Positions 48,413-59,714 of a stretch of 64,000 nt of DNA are shown piece by piece. Source of the DNA: an uncultured Chitinophagaceae bacterium. GTDB taxonomy: Bacteria; Bacteroidota; Bacteroidia; Chitinophagales; Chitinophagaceae. A model generated the notes under the pieces. The model was not told where the DNA came from and did not search any database. It saw nothing but the letters and a program-made list of their open reading frames with translations. Position numbers and translations under genes: made by a program. The stretch lies in the NCBI GenBank assembly GCA_937961055.1, contig CALCIN010000025.1:72058-136057 (forward strand), in the 5' to 3' direction. Numbering within the stretch: position 1 is the first letter of the stretch; the number at the start of each line of letters is the position of its first letter.

Positions 48413-49525
48413 CTATTCATGTAGTACCGCTGAAAAAACAGCTTGCATATTGCGTTCAAACTGGTCCAGTGTAAATGCCTCAAAGAATTTCTTTCTGGCA
48501 GCCGCCCCCAGCGCCACTCTTCTCTCGGGATCTTTCAGCAAAGCAGCAATAGCATCGGCCAGCGCCGCCGCATCCTGCGGCGGTACCAGTATTCCGTTGG
48601 TATTATGGTCTATCATTTCGGGTATGGACCCTTCGGTGGTGGAAATGATCGGTCTGCCAAACTGCATGGCTTCCAGCAATACCCCGGGAAACAATTCAAA
48701 ATAAGTAGGGAAAACAAATATATCAGCCTCCGACAGTATTTTCCATTTGTCTTCGCCATATTTTGGTCCCGTTACGGTTACTATATCAGCCAGTCCCTTT
48801 TCCCGCAACAGGCGGTTCAGGTCTTCATATGAAATGTCCAGTTCCTTACCCGTTATAAAAGCTTTGAAGCCCACAGGTCCGTTTTTCAGCATATGCAACG
48901 CTTCTACCAGTTCGTAAATGCCTTTCGTGCGCATCAGGTTCGATAAAAACAACAGGGTAGGCGTTTCACGCTCGGTGCCGGTATAGGCTGGCAATGTCAG
49001 CGCCTGCGGCTCTACCTTAATGCCATTGGGCACAATGAACGGGGTACGGCTGGTATATCCCTGCATGTCTTCCAGGTGATGCCTGCTCAGGCACACGATA
49101 TGGCTGTTGCGAAATGCATATCGTACCAATACGCGACCCAACCCGTGGCGCACGGTCCGGCGGATGCCCTTTACCCTGAAATGCAGCAACACCTTTTTAC
49201 CAAACAGCTTCAGCAGGCTGATGAAGAGCATATCACGATAAAAAGCAAAGCCCGCGGGGCTCATGGTGAAATAAGCCAAATCAATTCTTCGTGTACACAA
49301 TGCCTTTAGCAACCTGGCACCATACACCAGGGTTATGCCCAGTTTTTTAAAAGAGAAACGGCCAATATCTTTCAGTTCATCTACAAACTGCAGAGGGAGA
49401 ACGCACACGTTAAAATGACTGTTGATGACCTCACTTTCCACCAGCGACTTGTTCCTTAACGCTGCGCCATGCACCGGAGGAGGCAGTTGCACCATAAACA
49501 ATATGTTCCCCTCCTTTTTATTCAT
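48413..49525 (-). CDS. Glycosyltransferase family 4 (GT-B, retaining)
   Basis: EX7E motif (ELFPGVLLEAMQFGRP). Confidence 0.8.
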   Translation of the reverse strand: MNKKEGNILFMVQLPPPVHGAALRNKSLVESEVINSHFNVCVLPLQFVDELKDIGRFSFKKLGITLVYGARLLKALCTRRIDLAYFTMSPAGFAFYRDMLFISLLKLFGKKVLLHFRVKGIRRTVRHGLGRVLVRYAFRNSHIVCLSRHHLEDMQGYTSRTPFIVPNGIKVEPQALTLPAYTGTERETPTLLFLSNLMRTKGIYELVEALHMLKNGPVGFKAFITGKELDISYEDLNRLLREKGLADIVTVTGPKYGEDKWKILSEADIFVFPTYFELFPGVLLEAMQFGRPIISTTEGSIPEMIDHNTNGILVPPQDAAALADAIAALLKDPERRVALGAAARKKFFEAFTLDQFERNMQAVFSAVLHE

Positions 49526-50796
49526 AGCACTAATGTTTGGTTAACAGATGGTACAAGACTTTTATACAATGCAGCATATTTTTCCGCCACAAGTTGAATA
49601 GTAAAATCCCTGCACACCGTTTCACGTGCCTTCGCTCCCATAGCGGCTGCTGCTTCAGGATGTTCGAGCATATACACGATGGCTGCTGCCAGACGCCCGA
49701 CATCGGCAACCGGCACCAGCAAGCCATTTACCTGGTCTGCAATCAGGTCCTGGCAACCGGATATATTGGTAGCTATGCAGGGAACGCCCCGCATCATGGC
49801 TTCCATAAGCGCATTGGGCATTCCCTCCCGGCGACTGGGCAATACAAACAATGAACATTGCAGCAGCAAACCGGTCACATCAGATTGTTTTCCCAGGAAA
49901 TGAACAGATCCGGCTATACCAAGATCGGATACATATTTTTTATACGCTTCCAGCTCACCATCGCCTGCCACATACAAACTGGCCCCCGGAACAGTATGCT
50001 GTACCGTTACCCATGCCTTCAATAATATGTCTACTCCTTTGGCAGGTTGCTGGTACAGGTTGCCTACAAACAATACTTTCCTGGCTGCGCCCGCCAAAGG
50101 CTGCCACATTTTGCCGTCTGGAGCTATGCCATTGGGTATAGCATGTATGCGGTCAGCAGGCACTCCTGCTTTCAGGAAATTTTCCTTGATTACTTTGGTC
50201 ATGGCCACAAAATGAGCCTGCTGTATGATCAGTGCACGTTTACGTTCACCGGCAGGATAACGAAGTATGCTGAAGATGCCATTCATGGTAGAATCTTTCA
50301 CCACCAGTTTCTTCCCGAATAACCGGCTTAATAACGCCCCTACATAGGCGGGCCATTCAATGGTATGTGTATGGATAATATCAATCTCCCGTTTTCTTTT
50401 TCGCAAAAAGAACCAGGCATTGATGAAAAAAACAATATACCGCAGACGAGCGCCCAGGTTTACCGGCGTGGTTATGGCATCGGTGGTTTCTTTTGTATCA
50501 TCATACTCGATTTTAGAAACAGGGCGGGCCGTCTTTTTCTTCACCACAAACAAGAGGTCGAGCAAATAATTCAGCGGCGAGTGTAATCGAAAAACCGGCA
50601 TGCCATCACAGGTGTCTTTCCCTTTCACACGGCCTACCCCCGGCGTAATAAAGAGCACGCGTATACCAAGCGATGCAAGTTCCCTGCCGAGACGCAACGC
50701 CTGGATCTCTGCCCCGCCTGCCGGCAATGGCGGCAGCGACTGCACCAGCATCAGCACCGTTAATGGCTTATCACCGGTATAATTCATATACATCAC
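49522..50796 (-). CDS. Glycosyltransferase family 4
   Basis: EX7E motif (REGMPNALMEAMMRGVP). Confidence 0.8.
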   Translation of the reverse strand: MMYMNYTGDKPLTVLMLVQSLPPLPAGGAEIQALRLGRELASLGIRVLFITPGVGRVKGKDTCDGMPVFRLHSPLNYLLDLLFVVKKKTARPVSKIEYDDTKETTDAITTPVNLGARLRYIVFFINAWFFLRKRKREIDIIHTHTIEWPAYVGALLSRLFGKKLVVKDSTMNGIFSILRYPAGERKRALIIQQAHFVAMTKVIKENFLKAGVPADRIHAIPNGIAPDGKMWQPLAGAARKVLFVGNLYQQPAKGVDILLKAWVTVQHTVPGASLYVAGDGELEAYKKYVSDLGIAGSVHFLGKQSDVTGLLLQCSLFVLPSRREGMPNALMEAMMRGVPCIATNISGCQDLIADQVNGLLVPVADVGRLAAAIVYMLEHPEAAAAMGAKARETVCRDFTIQLVAEKYAALYKSLVPSVNQTLVL

Positions 50797-51736
50797 TCAG
50801 TTTTATGCCTTTTACCTGGTGTTGACGGCAATACGAGAAAAAATCTTCCAGCAGGCCAAGGTATTGCTGACAATCCTTTTCAGACCTGGTATAGGGACTG
50901 AGGCCAGGCATTACTTCCACATTATGAAACATCATATTGAGCACCACCACTTCTTCGTGTTGGTACCTGGCAAAATATTCCTCGGCAATGCGGACGCACT
51001 CCTGCAACGAGGCATACACAGGACGCAGCCACAACGGCCGCCTGCGACGTATCGTTCCTCTTGTGCCGAAGCGCGTTCTTTTTAACTCCTTCCACCATAC
51101 GGCCGGGGCCTCGGTAACGGTAACGGGCACCTGCAATATAGCTCCCTGCGGATCCCGTTCCAAAATGGTACCGGGTTTGATAAAATAGGGCTGCTCCGGC
51201 GCTTTCCTGAAATCCACCGGCTGTTCCCTCGTTCTGTCATCCCATACCACATGCGGTGTAACGCTGGTGTCTACTTTATACCCCAGTTGCTGCAGGCTGC
51301 TGATGGTATTGGCACCGGCACTGAAACGGCCGGCCCGGAATGACAGCGGACTGTACCCGAATTTGTTCCGGAAAAGATTCGTTATAGCGGCAATTTTTTC
51401 AAATTCCACTGCCGGCGGATAAAAGCAACAATTGGCCACTCCTTTTTTTCCGGCATAGTGATGGTGCTGTTTGTGCGGTTCAATAAATTCAGGATGCAAA
51501 TGTGTGCCCAGTTCCAACGGACCCTTCAGCGACTTAAACACGTTCACACTGTTATCATCTTCCAGCACCACATTGTTGATAAGATAGGTAGGAACAATAT
51601 TGTGTTTGAGAAACAATGGATGCAATCTTTCCGCAACACCCTGTTCCACCCCCCTGAACGTAAGGGGATCAGCATATCGCCAGGATAGAGTACAATCGGG
51701 TTCTACGTCTATAGTTACGGTTATAAACTTATTCAT
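50771..51736 (-). CDS. Hypothetical polysaccharide-modifying enzyme, possibly deacetylase-like
   Basis: Conserved in position within the surface polysaccharide locus; His-rich (HLHPEF…HHH); family uncertain; start chosen at the internal Met to avoid overlapping the asnB stop. Confidence 0.4.
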   Translation of the reverse strand: MNKFITVTIDVEPDCTLSWRYADPLTFRGVEQGVAERLHPLFLKHNIVPTYLINNVVLEDDNSVNVFKSLKGPLELGTHLHPEFIEPHKQHHHYAGKKGVANCCFYPPAVEFEKIAAITNLFRNKFGYSPLSFRAGRFSAGANTISSLQQLGYKVDTSVTPHVVWDDRTREQPVDFRKAPEQPYFIKPGTILERDPQGAILQVPVTVTEAPAVWWKELKRTRFGTRGTIRRRRPLWLRPVYASLQECVRIAEEYFARYQHEEVVVLNMMFHNVEVMPGLSPYTRSEKDCQQYLGLLEDFFSYCRQHQVKGIKLSDVYELYR

Positions 51737-53621
51737 TGTGAAAGCCGCTAAATAGCTCAGCAAACTGGTCGTGCCAGAGCACCAGGTTATACAATATCCA
51801 GATATCAGTATAATTTCCCTTGCCGTGGTGGTAAAAACGATCAAGCATTTTCATAAACACCTTGTCATCCAGCCCCAGTTTATGAAGGGCAGTTCTTGTA
51901 ATGCTGTCACGCACGCGGTTTTTCCATTCACCCCTTAACCATTTCTCCACCGGGAAATTGAATCCTTTCTTGGGGTTGTTGATATTGTAGTGCGGCGCCA
52001 GTTGCAACAGCAGTTTTTTCAACACGGATTTATGCCGGAATTGCTTATCCGATTTTTCTGCAAAAGGCAAATGCAGCGAAAGGTCCAGCATTTCATTGTC
52101 GAGATAAGGTACGCGCACTTCCAGACTGGCCGCCATACTGGCCCGGTCCACTTTATACAACATCGCGTCCGCAAGATAAGTCTTAATATCCAATATGGCC
52201 GGCAGGTCGCGGCGATGCGCAATGGCCTTTGTTCCTTCCATAGCCCATATCCTGTTCTCCGTAACACTTTCCGTAATCATATGGCGAAGGCCTGCAGAAA
52301 GAAAAGTATCAAAATGCCGTTTCACCGGATCGCTTTCCAGCACATACAGCGCATTGTACAGTAACTGGCCGCGGGCAAATGGTTTTATCATGGCTGCCAG
52401 CAACGGTGAAAGCCCTTTTACCTGCAGCGAAGTGAGCACCTGCCACCAGCGATAACGGGGATATCCCCAGAACAATTCATCAGCACCATCGCCCGATATG
52501 GCTACGGTAACATGTTCGCGCGCTTTTTGTGAGATGGTCCAGTTGAGCAGCGAAGCACTGTCGGCAAACGGCTCATCGAAGTAATTATACAATTTGTCAA
52601 GGTGGTGGCTGATATAGTCGGGGTCAACCACCAGCGTATGACAATGCAGGCGAGGGTTATGGAAGCCGTTTATGTAATCCCGGGCATCGTCGCTTTCATC
52701 CAGGTGCGTCTTTTCCTTGTAGGCCACGGTAAAAAATGAAAAGTCCCTGTCGCGCGCAAAGTATTTGTTCACCATGGCTGCCAGCAGCGATGAGTCCACG
52801 CCCGAACTCAGGAACAAGCCCAATGGCACATCTGCCTCCAATTGTCTTTCCAGGCTTAGTTTCAAGGTAGCTTCCAGGTCGATGCTCCTGCTTTGCCGGG
52901 CTTTGTTTACTTCCTGGTAGGCATCCCAGTAGGCCGTTGGTGCAAGCTGCTCACCTTGCTGCAATGCTTCCACAGAGCCTTCCAGCCAGTGGCCAGGCGG
53001 CAGTTTGTAAATATTTTCAATGATGGTGAACGGCGTAGGCACATATTGCATCCACAGGTACATCTTCACGGCCTGCAATGAAATGGCCGGCCGGCCCGGT
53101 GTGAGCCGCAAAACAGTATGCAACTCCGAAGCAAAGATGATGGAACCCTCATGCTGCGTGTAATATAGTGGTTTAATACCAAGCCGGTCCCTGCACAGCA
53201 GAAACTGACCATTGCGCTTGTTGATCCAGCAAAAGGCAAACATCCCGTTCAACCGCGGGATGGCATCCTTACCCCATTGCTGCAATGCATGAAACAATAC
53301 TTCAGTATCTGAAGTGGTTTCAAACACGTGACCCAATGCCTGCAGTTCCTGTTTTATGGCGCGGTAATTATAAATTTCACCGTTATACACCAGCACGCAG
53401 TTGTCCCGTTCAAATGGCTGGTTGGAACGGGCGTTGAGATCGATAATGGCCAGGCGATTAAAAAACAACGCCGTGGTATGGCCTGCTGCGCCCCGCATAT
53501 TTTCAAGCACAGCGATCCCGGTACTGTCAGGACCGCGATAATTCACTTTATTCGCCAGCGCCTTCAGATAATCCTGCGATAAACTACCTTTCTTATTGAT
53601 TACACCTGCAAAACCGCACAT
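51729..53621 (-). CDS. Asparagine synthase (glutamine-hydrolysing), AsnB-family amidotransferase
   Basis: N-terminal MCGFAG class-II glutamine amidotransferase nucleophile and a central SGGVDSS PP-loop. Confidence 0.9.
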   Translation of the reverse strand: MCGFAGVINKKGSLSQDYLKALANKVNYRGPDSTGIAVLENMRGAAGHTTALFFNRLAIIDLNARSNQPFERDNCVLVYNGEIYNYRAIKQELQALGHVFETTSDTEVLFHALQQWGKDAIPRLNGMFAFCWINKRNGQFLLCRDRLGIKPLYYTQHEGSIIFASELHTVLRLTPGRPAISLQAVKMYLWMQYVPTPFTIIENIYKLPPGHWLEGSVEALQQGEQLAPTAYWDAYQEVNKARQSRSIDLEATLKLSLERQLEADVPLGLFLSSGVDSSLLAAMVNKYFARDRDFSFFTVAYKEKTHLDESDDARDYINGFHNPRLHCHTLVVDPDYISHHLDKLYNYFDEPFADSASLLNWTISQKAREHVTVAISGDGADELFWGYPRYRWWQVLTSLQVKGLSPLLAAMIKPFARGQLLYNALYVLESDPVKRHFDTFLSAGLRHMITESVTENRIWAMEGTKAIAHRRDLPAILDIKTYLADAMLYKVDRASMAASLEVRVPYLDNEMLDLSLHLPFAEKSDKQFRHKSVLKKLLLQLAPHYNINNPKKGFNFPVEKWLRGEWKNRVRDSITRTALHKLGLDDKVFMKMLDRFYHHGKGNYTDIWILYNLVLWHDQFAELFSGFHNE

Positions 53622-53702
53622 AATAAATTCGAAATTTTCATCTTTCGCATTGTGTTAGCGAAAATATTGTTTCAAGGTAAGGCCGGTATAGCAATCGCCA
53701 AC

Positions 53703-54320
53703 TCAGGCCCCACCGGTTTGTGTCCGAAGCGGTTTCAGCGCCCACACTTCGCGCTGCCGTTCGTACACGCCGATACGCACTGCTTCACATAATCCCTTTT
53801 CATTCAGAAAGGCGATGTTGTGATTATACTTATAAGACGGTTCCTGTACGGTATCCAGAATCAATTCGCCACCTTCATGAAGATGCGACTCTATCAGCTC
53901 TTCCACGCTTTGTTGTAAAACAGCTGGTGGAATATGATGTATCCAGTTTACCATGATGATCACATCATATTTGCCTACAAGCGGGGTGTCGGGAAATGTA
54001 TAAAAAGAAAATCTTGCTTTGCTTCCTTTTATGCTGCTGATAAACCGGGCTGCTTTCAACACGTTTTCCTCCGCATCAAGGCCCAGTTTTGCAGTATATT
54101 GGAGATGCAACAATATATCCCCCAGCCCACATCCAATTTCAACGCAGCTGTTCCTGGCAGTGCGTTTGTTGCAATAGTCGATAATATCCAGGGCATACGC
54201 CCGCTCCTGCAGCGCCGCAACATGCCACCTGTCGAACCCGAATAATTTATGTAAGAACCATTTCCATGCCTTTGCACGATAGATACTCCATCGTTTTCCC
54301 GTTGTAAGTTTCTTATCCAT
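53703..54320 (-). CDS. Class I SAM-dependent methyltransferase
   Basis: VEIGCGLGD motif I, 205 aa. Confidence 0.7.
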   Translation of the reverse strand: MDKKLTTGKRWSIYRAKAWKWFLHKLFGFDRWHVAALQERAYALDIIDYCNKRTARNSCVEIGCGLGDILLHLQYTAKLGLDAEENVLKAARFISSIKGSKARFSFYTFPDTPLVGKYDVIIMVNWIHHIPPAVLQQSVEELIESHLHEGGELILDTVQEPSYKYNHNIAFLNEKGLCEAVRIGVYERQREVWALKPLRTQTGGA

Positions 54321-54422
54321 CGATAGAGCTGTTTAATTGGCGAGAACCATAAATAACCGTACACAAATGGTGTACCTCTGTATTTGCCAATTGCATTCCA
54401 TAGTATTTATTAACAGTTGTAC

Positions 54423-55970
54423 TCAACGTTCGTTTCCGGTATTTGTTGCCGTCTTTAAAAAAGGAAGGTTAACGTTAATCAGTTTATGAATCCGCATCAC
54501 TGCGCCACCCACGGCCACCAGCGCTACATACAGGATGCTCCCTGCAATCAGATCAGTATAAACATTGAACCCTGCTTCTCCCAACCATAAAGGACGTACC
54601 CAATACACTACCAGGCAGATCACCACATTCATCAACATTAGTAACCCGGTATGCTTCATGATCTGCCAGAAATTGAGGTACGGGAAATATTTATACTGGT
54701 ACACGATACCCAACAAATAACTCAGGGAGTAAACGCCTGCATAACAAACGGGATAGGCGAGATAACCAATGGTCTTCACCAAAAAGATCATGGCGATCAC
54801 ATACACTACGTTGAGTGCAATCTGGTACCAGAAACCCTGTCGTATCTTATGGGTGGCCATAAACAGGCGCGAGAAAAAGTTACTAATAATCAGCAACGGA
54901 ATAGAAAAACTCAGAATTTTTAGCATTTCAACAGCATTGCGTCCCCACTGCCCGATGTCCTCTCCTTTGGTAAACAAAATTTGCATGATATTGTCTGCAT
55001 ATAAAAAGATCAGTCCGCTGCAGGGTATCACCAGGAACAACATGAAAATGGAAGAGCGAAGAAATACATCGCCCATTTTGCTGTAATCTTTCCAGGCGCT
55101 CAGTTCATTGAGCTTTACCCCTACTACCGATGAAAAATGGGTAGTGATCAAAGCAGCGGGCATGGCAGCTATCTGTTGTGTCAGCGTAACGGCCGTTACG
55201 GCCCCGCTGCCAAAAACACTCAGCAAGTAATAAGGAATATATACCACCAACACGCTCGACAAACTGCCCAGCTGGCTGAATAGGGTGTTGCGCCAGATGC
55301 GTTTGCCTATTTTGTAAAACGCCCACTCGAACTTCCACCCGATTTTTCTGAACATCAGCGACAACAGTATGGCCAGGTTGGTACCATACGACACCAGCAA
55401 GCCATAAAAAAGGCTTTTGATGCCCCATACCCCATGAAACAATACCACAAACAAAATAGCGCAAACACCGTTCAGCACGCCCACCACCATGGGCATGCTA
55501 AAATATTTGTAAGATACCAGGATATCGGCCAACAGGTTGGTAACGGTCATTAACAAAATCAGCGGCACCGCCAGCACCAGCAATGTTTCATTGGCAGCCA
55601 GTAAAGATTCATCAAACCTGGATATCGTAATGAAAGCCTTTAAAGGATGGAGAAAGAACACCACACACAACAGTACCGATATGCCCGCATACATATAAAT
55701 GAACGAATTCAGGAAGCGCATGCTTTCGCGCTCGCCTTCGTTGATGCGGATGCGCATGGACTCCGGTATGATCACCGAAGCATTCAGATTGTTGATGAAA
55801 GTAGCAATATAAAAAACGGTATTGTACGCGTAAAAATAGATGCCGGTTGTTCCTTCGGGACCAAAAAAATAGAGAGCAATAACACTAATGAAGAATAACA
55901 GCCCCTTGTTGACCACATTCAGTATAGTAGATACAGCTGCGCCTATCTTGTATGACTCGAACCTAAGCAT
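54423..55970 (-). CDS. Polysaccharide flippase (Wzx-type, MOP superfamily)
   Basis: 515 aa with ~14 TM segments, typical Wzx layout. Confidence 0.7.
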   Translation of the reverse strand: MLRFESYKIGAAVSTILNVVNKGLLFFISVIALYFFGPEGTTGIYFYAYNTVFYIATFINNLNASVIIPESMRIRINEGERESMRFLNSFIYMYAGISVLLCVVFFLHPLKAFITISRFDESLLAANETLLVLAVPLILLMTVTNLLADILVSYKYFSMPMVVGVLNGVCAILFVVLFHGVWGIKSLFYGLLVSYGTNLAILLSLMFRKIGWKFEWAFYKIGKRIWRNTLFSQLGSLSSVLVVYIPYYLLSVFGSGAVTAVTLTQQIAAMPAALITTHFSSVVGVKLNELSAWKDYSKMGDVFLRSSIFMLFLVIPCSGLIFLYADNIMQILFTKGEDIGQWGRNAVEMLKILSFSIPLLIISNFFSRLFMATHKIRQGFWYQIALNVVYVIAMIFLVKTIGYLAYPVCYAGVYSLSYLLGIVYQYKYFPYLNFWQIMKHTGLLMLMNVVICLVVYWVRPLWLGEAGFNVYTDLIAGSILYVALVAVGGAVMRIHKLINVNLPFLKTATNTGNER

Positions 55971-56089
55971 AATTGTTTAATGGCGCCGCAGCGGATGATC
56001 GGTAGGGAAAAATCTTTGCAGGCAATTGTAGTATCATGTAATCAACTGATTCAGGATGTTCGGGTTCCACATCACGCAATCCGGGCCGG

Positions 56090-57172
56090 CTACGCCCTGG
56101 TCCTTCTTTCATAGGCAACAAGGGCCTTGTATGCTTCAATCCCCAGCAGAATGACCAACGTAATAACCAATGCATAGAGGATGCCTGTTCCTACATTTTG
56201 TCGGAATCCATTATCACTGTTTCCCACCGGGTTCATGGGCGCAAACACCTGTACCGGTTCCCTGTTGTTTATTTCAAAGTTGCGGAGGAATCGCAACTCA
56301 TCTTTCAGTAAAATATATTTTTCATATACCTGCATTTCAGGGCTGGTAGCAGTATAGGAACCACTCATTACGTTTACCGTTGTGGCAGGATTGCCCTCTG
56401 CGCGCAAATTCCGAAGCCTGTCGCTGTACACGGCCAGCAGCGTATCCAGTGATTGCAGTGAACCAAGAATAATTTTTTCTTCTTCTGATTTCCATTGCTG
56501 ACTGATGGCATAGGTAGATTGCAGGTTCTTATTGCCTGTAATCTGCTTCAGCAAACCTGCTTCCACCTTGCCGAACAGATTGGGCACCTTGCTATTCACC
56601 CGCACCCGATGAATGGGAATATCGTAAATGGAAATCATTTCCTTAAACTTTTCGTAGGGTATAGCCTGTGCCCACAAGGTATCAGTACGAAAAGAATAGT
56701 TTCTGTCGCGCACCAGGAAATTGCGCTTGTACAGATCGCTTAATACCATTTCATCCTCTACCGGTTCAGCACTGAAATTGATCAGATGTTGAGCTTCTTC
56801 TTTCGTAATGGAAAGCGCCTGTGCCAGCTCGTCATATAAACTAAATTCGATGAGGGAATTAAGGTATTCCAACGTACTATACAACGCATGACTGCTGCCG
56901 AAATTAAAGCGGGCAGTCATTTCGGAGTAATATCCTTTTGCCTTGTAGCTGGTAAAGTATCCATATACCCCGCCCGCCGCTGCGGCAAGGAGCAACCAGA
57001 TTAAACGCCTTCTGAAAAAAATAGCTATACTCAACAACCCGTATGCCAACCCTTGCAACATTGCAACGATTGACTGCCCCAATCTCCCGAATCCACGGGC
57101 AATCATTCCCAGTAAGGTCCCGAGGTCAATATCTTTTTCACCTGATAAGTTCTTTTGTTCCTGGCTATCCAT
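56090..57172 (-). CDS. Polysaccharide chain-length determinant (Wzz/PCP-like)
   Basis: TM near each terminus flanking a soluble region with predicted coiled-coil; first gene of the minus-strand block. Confidence 0.55.
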   Translation of the reverse strand: MDSQEQKNLSGEKDIDLGTLLGMIARGFGRLGQSIVAMLQGLAYGLLSIAIFFRRRLIWLLLAAAAGGVYGYFTSYKAKGYYSEMTARFNFGSSHALYSTLEYLNSLIEFSLYDELAQALSITKEEAQHLINFSAEPVEDEMVLSDLYKRNFLVRDRNYSFRTDTLWAQAIPYEKFKEMISIYDIPIHRVRVNSKVPNLFGKVEAGLLKQITGNKNLQSTYAISQQWKSEEEKIILGSLQSLDTLLAVYSDRLRNLRAEGNPATTVNVMSGSYTATSPEMQVYEKYILLKDELRFLRNFEINNREPVQVFAPMNPVGNSDNGFRQNVGTGILYALVITLVILLGIEAYKALVAYERRTRA

Positions 57173-57391
57173 ATTCTAAGGGTATTAGTTATTTAAGTTG
57201 CCTGACAGTTTGAATTCCCGTCTCCCCTCTGAACGAATTCCCTTGACCACTTATTGAATGGCCAGGCTTTGAAACAAATTCAAAAATACGATAAAAGTTT
57301 TTAAATGAAGGTATTATGGGAAGGTGTAAACAGGTGTATACCAAAAAGAATCCTTCAGCCGGTTTTCTTCGTAGTAAGGAAACAATCTACT

Positions 57392-58471
57392 ATGCGCGTT
57401 GCCCTCATAACCCGGTCTACTTTGTATGCGCAGCCTGGCGGTGACACCATCCAGGTGTGCCAGACGGCCGCTGCCCTTACCCAAATCGGTATTGATGCCA
57501 GCATATGCCTTACAGGCAGCGCTATTGACTATTCCAAATATGACCTGCTCCATTTTTTCAACCTGACTCGTCCGGCCGATATACTGTTGCATGCGCGCAG
57601 GTCGCGCAAACCTTATGTGGTAACGCCCATTCTGGTAGAATACAGCGCGTACGATGCGGTTCACAGAAATGGTATGGCAGGGAAGCTTTTTCGTTACCTC
57701 GATCCCGATACCATCGAATATGCGAAAACAATGGCCCGATGGCTCGCAGGCCGCGACGTGCTTGCCAGCAAATCTTTTTTATGGAAAGGGCAGCGTCGGT
57801 CCATTGTCACCATACTGAAGCATTGTAAAATGGTGCTGCCCAATTCCCTGCTCGAATACCGCCAGCTGTGTAAAAAGTACCGGGTAAGCCCACCCTGCCA
57901 GGTGGTTCCCAATGGCGTGGATACAGGGCTTTTCCGTCCCACAACGCCCGTTGCCCGGGATAAGAAACTGGTGCTTTGCGTGGGCAGGATCGAAGGCATC
58001 AAAAACCAGTCAATGCTCATCCGTGCACTGTCCAATACACCCTACCATTTAATACTGATAGGGTCGGCGGCTAAAAACCAGCAAAGTTATCATGCCTACT
58101 GCCGGAAAATTGCCGGCAACAACGTAACGTTTATAGACCATTTACCCCAGGAACAACTTGTTCCCTTTTACCAGCGCGCCAAAATCCATGTTCAGCCCAG
58201 CTGGTTCGAAACCTGTGGCCTGAGCAGCCTCGAAGCCGCAGCTTCAGGATGCAATCTCGTGCTGTCTGATACCGGTTACGTCAGGGAATACTATGAAAAC
58301 TTTCCGGTTTACTGTAACCCTGCTGATCCGGCACATATACTGGACTGTGTGGAAAAAGCCTCGGCATCGCCGTTTCCACAGCCATTGATGGAAAAGATAA
58401 TCACCAAATACACATGGTCGCATGCAGCTAAGGAAACCGCGGCGGCTTATGAGAGGGCCTTGAACACATGA
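57392..58471 (+). CDS. Glycosyltransferase family 4
   Basis: GT-B fold with an E…E motif near SLEAAASGCNLVLSD; start chosen at the internal Met. Confidence 0.75.
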   Translation: MRVALITRSTLYAQPGGDTIQVCQTAAALTQIGIDASICLTGSAIDYSKYDLLHFFNLTRPADILLHARRSRKPYVVTPILVEYSAYDAVHRNGMAGKLFRYLDPDTIEYAKTMARWLAGRDVLASKSFLWKGQRRSIVTILKHCKMVLPNSLLEYRQLCKKYRVSPPCQVVPNGVDTGLFRPTTPVARDKKLVLCVGRIEGIKNQSMLIRALSNTPYHLILIGSAAKNQQSYHAYCRKIAGNNVTFIDHLPQEQLVPFYQRAKIHVQPSWFETCGLSSLEAAASGCNLVLSDTGYVREYYENFPVYCNPADPAHILDCVEKASASPFPQPLMEKIITKYTWSHAAKETAAAYERALNT

Positions 58472-59622
58472 ACAAACTACGCATAGGCATCATCGGTACA
58501 CGCGGCATCCCCAACCATTATGGAGGATTTGAATACTTTGCGCAACACCTTTCAAAAGGTCTGGTGGAAAGGGGGCACGAAGTTTTTGTGTACAATAGCC
58601 ATAACCATCCTTACCAACTATCGCACTGGAACGGCGTGCACATTGTTCATTGTTACGACCCGGAGCACAAACTCGGCAGTTTCGGTCAGTTCATTTACGA
58701 TTTTCACTGCATTCGTGATGCCCGTACGCGACACTATGACATATTGTTGTTCCTCGGTTATACCAGCAGTACTGTATGGTACATGTTGTATCCCGATTCC
58801 GGCGTCATTATTTACAATATGGACGGTCTTGAATGGAAGCGTTCCAAATACGCTGCGCCCGTTCGGTTATTCCTGAAATATGCCGAAAAACTGGCCGTGC
58901 GGCACAGCCATTTTCTTATTGCGGATTCGCTGTACATTAAACGATATATTCACCAGAAATATCACAAAACACCTCATTACATAGCTTATGGCGCCCATGT
59001 GTTCAATGACCCCAATGAACAGATTATAACTGACTACGGGCTACTGCCGCGCAGTTATAATATGGTCATGGCGCGGATGGAGCCCGAAAACAACATCGAA
59101 ATGATCCTCCAGGGCTACCAGGACTCCCGCACTTCCCGGGAACTGATAGTGGTGGGGAACACCAATAACCGGTTCGGCCGGTATCTTCAACGTAAATTTG
59201 CTTCCTGCCGGCGTATCCGTTTCCTGGGCGCTATATTTAATTCTGCACACATCAACAACCTTATTTACTTTTCGAATGTTTATTTCCATGGCCATTCGGT
59301 AGGAGGCACCAATCCGTCTTTGCTGGAAGCCATGGGCTGCCGGGCATTGATCGTAGCCCGGAAAAATATTTTCAACAGGGCGGTACTCAAAGAAAATGCC
59401 TACTACTTTGCAGACGCTTCGGAAATCACTTATTATGCCAATACCCTGGAGAAAAGTGACAAGCACGAAGAGTTCATCCGGGCCAACATTTATGCTATTG
59501 AAAATCAATACAACTGGGACCTGATCATTGAACAATACGAAGCTTATTTTCTTCACTGCCACCAGGTGCATAAAGGCATCAGCGTTACCCGGCCTTCCAT
59601 ACCGGCGTCACCCGGTATGTAA
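58468..59622 (+). CDS. Glycosyltransferase (GT4-like with a DUF1972-type N-terminus)
   Basis: N-terminal IGIIGTRGIPNHYGGFE and C-terminal EX7E-like (LLEAMGCRALIV). Confidence 0.7.
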   Translation: MNKLRIGIIGTRGIPNHYGGFEYFAQHLSKGLVERGHEVFVYNSHNHPYQLSHWNGVHIVHCYDPEHKLGSFGQFIYDFHCIRDARTRHYDILLFLGYTSSTVWYMLYPDSGVIIYNMDGLEWKRSKYAAPVRLFLKYAEKLAVRHSHFLIADSLYIKRYIHQKYHKTPHYIAYGAHVFNDPNEQIITDYGLLPRSYNMVMARMEPENNIEMILQGYQDSRTSRELIVVGNTNNRFGRYLQRKFASCRRIRFLGAIFNSAHINNLIYFSNVYFHGHSVGGTNPSLLEAMGCRALIVARKNIFNRAVLKENAYYFADASEITYYANTLEKSDKHEEFIRANIYAIENQYNWDLIIEQYEAYFLHCHQVHKGISVTRPSIPASPGM

Positions 59623-59714
59623 TTACCGGTATACTGTCAACCTGCCACTATTCAGGAAATTGTATAAAATTTGCTGCTATTGCCCCTCGCCCGGATTAGT
59701 AACCACTATTTAGT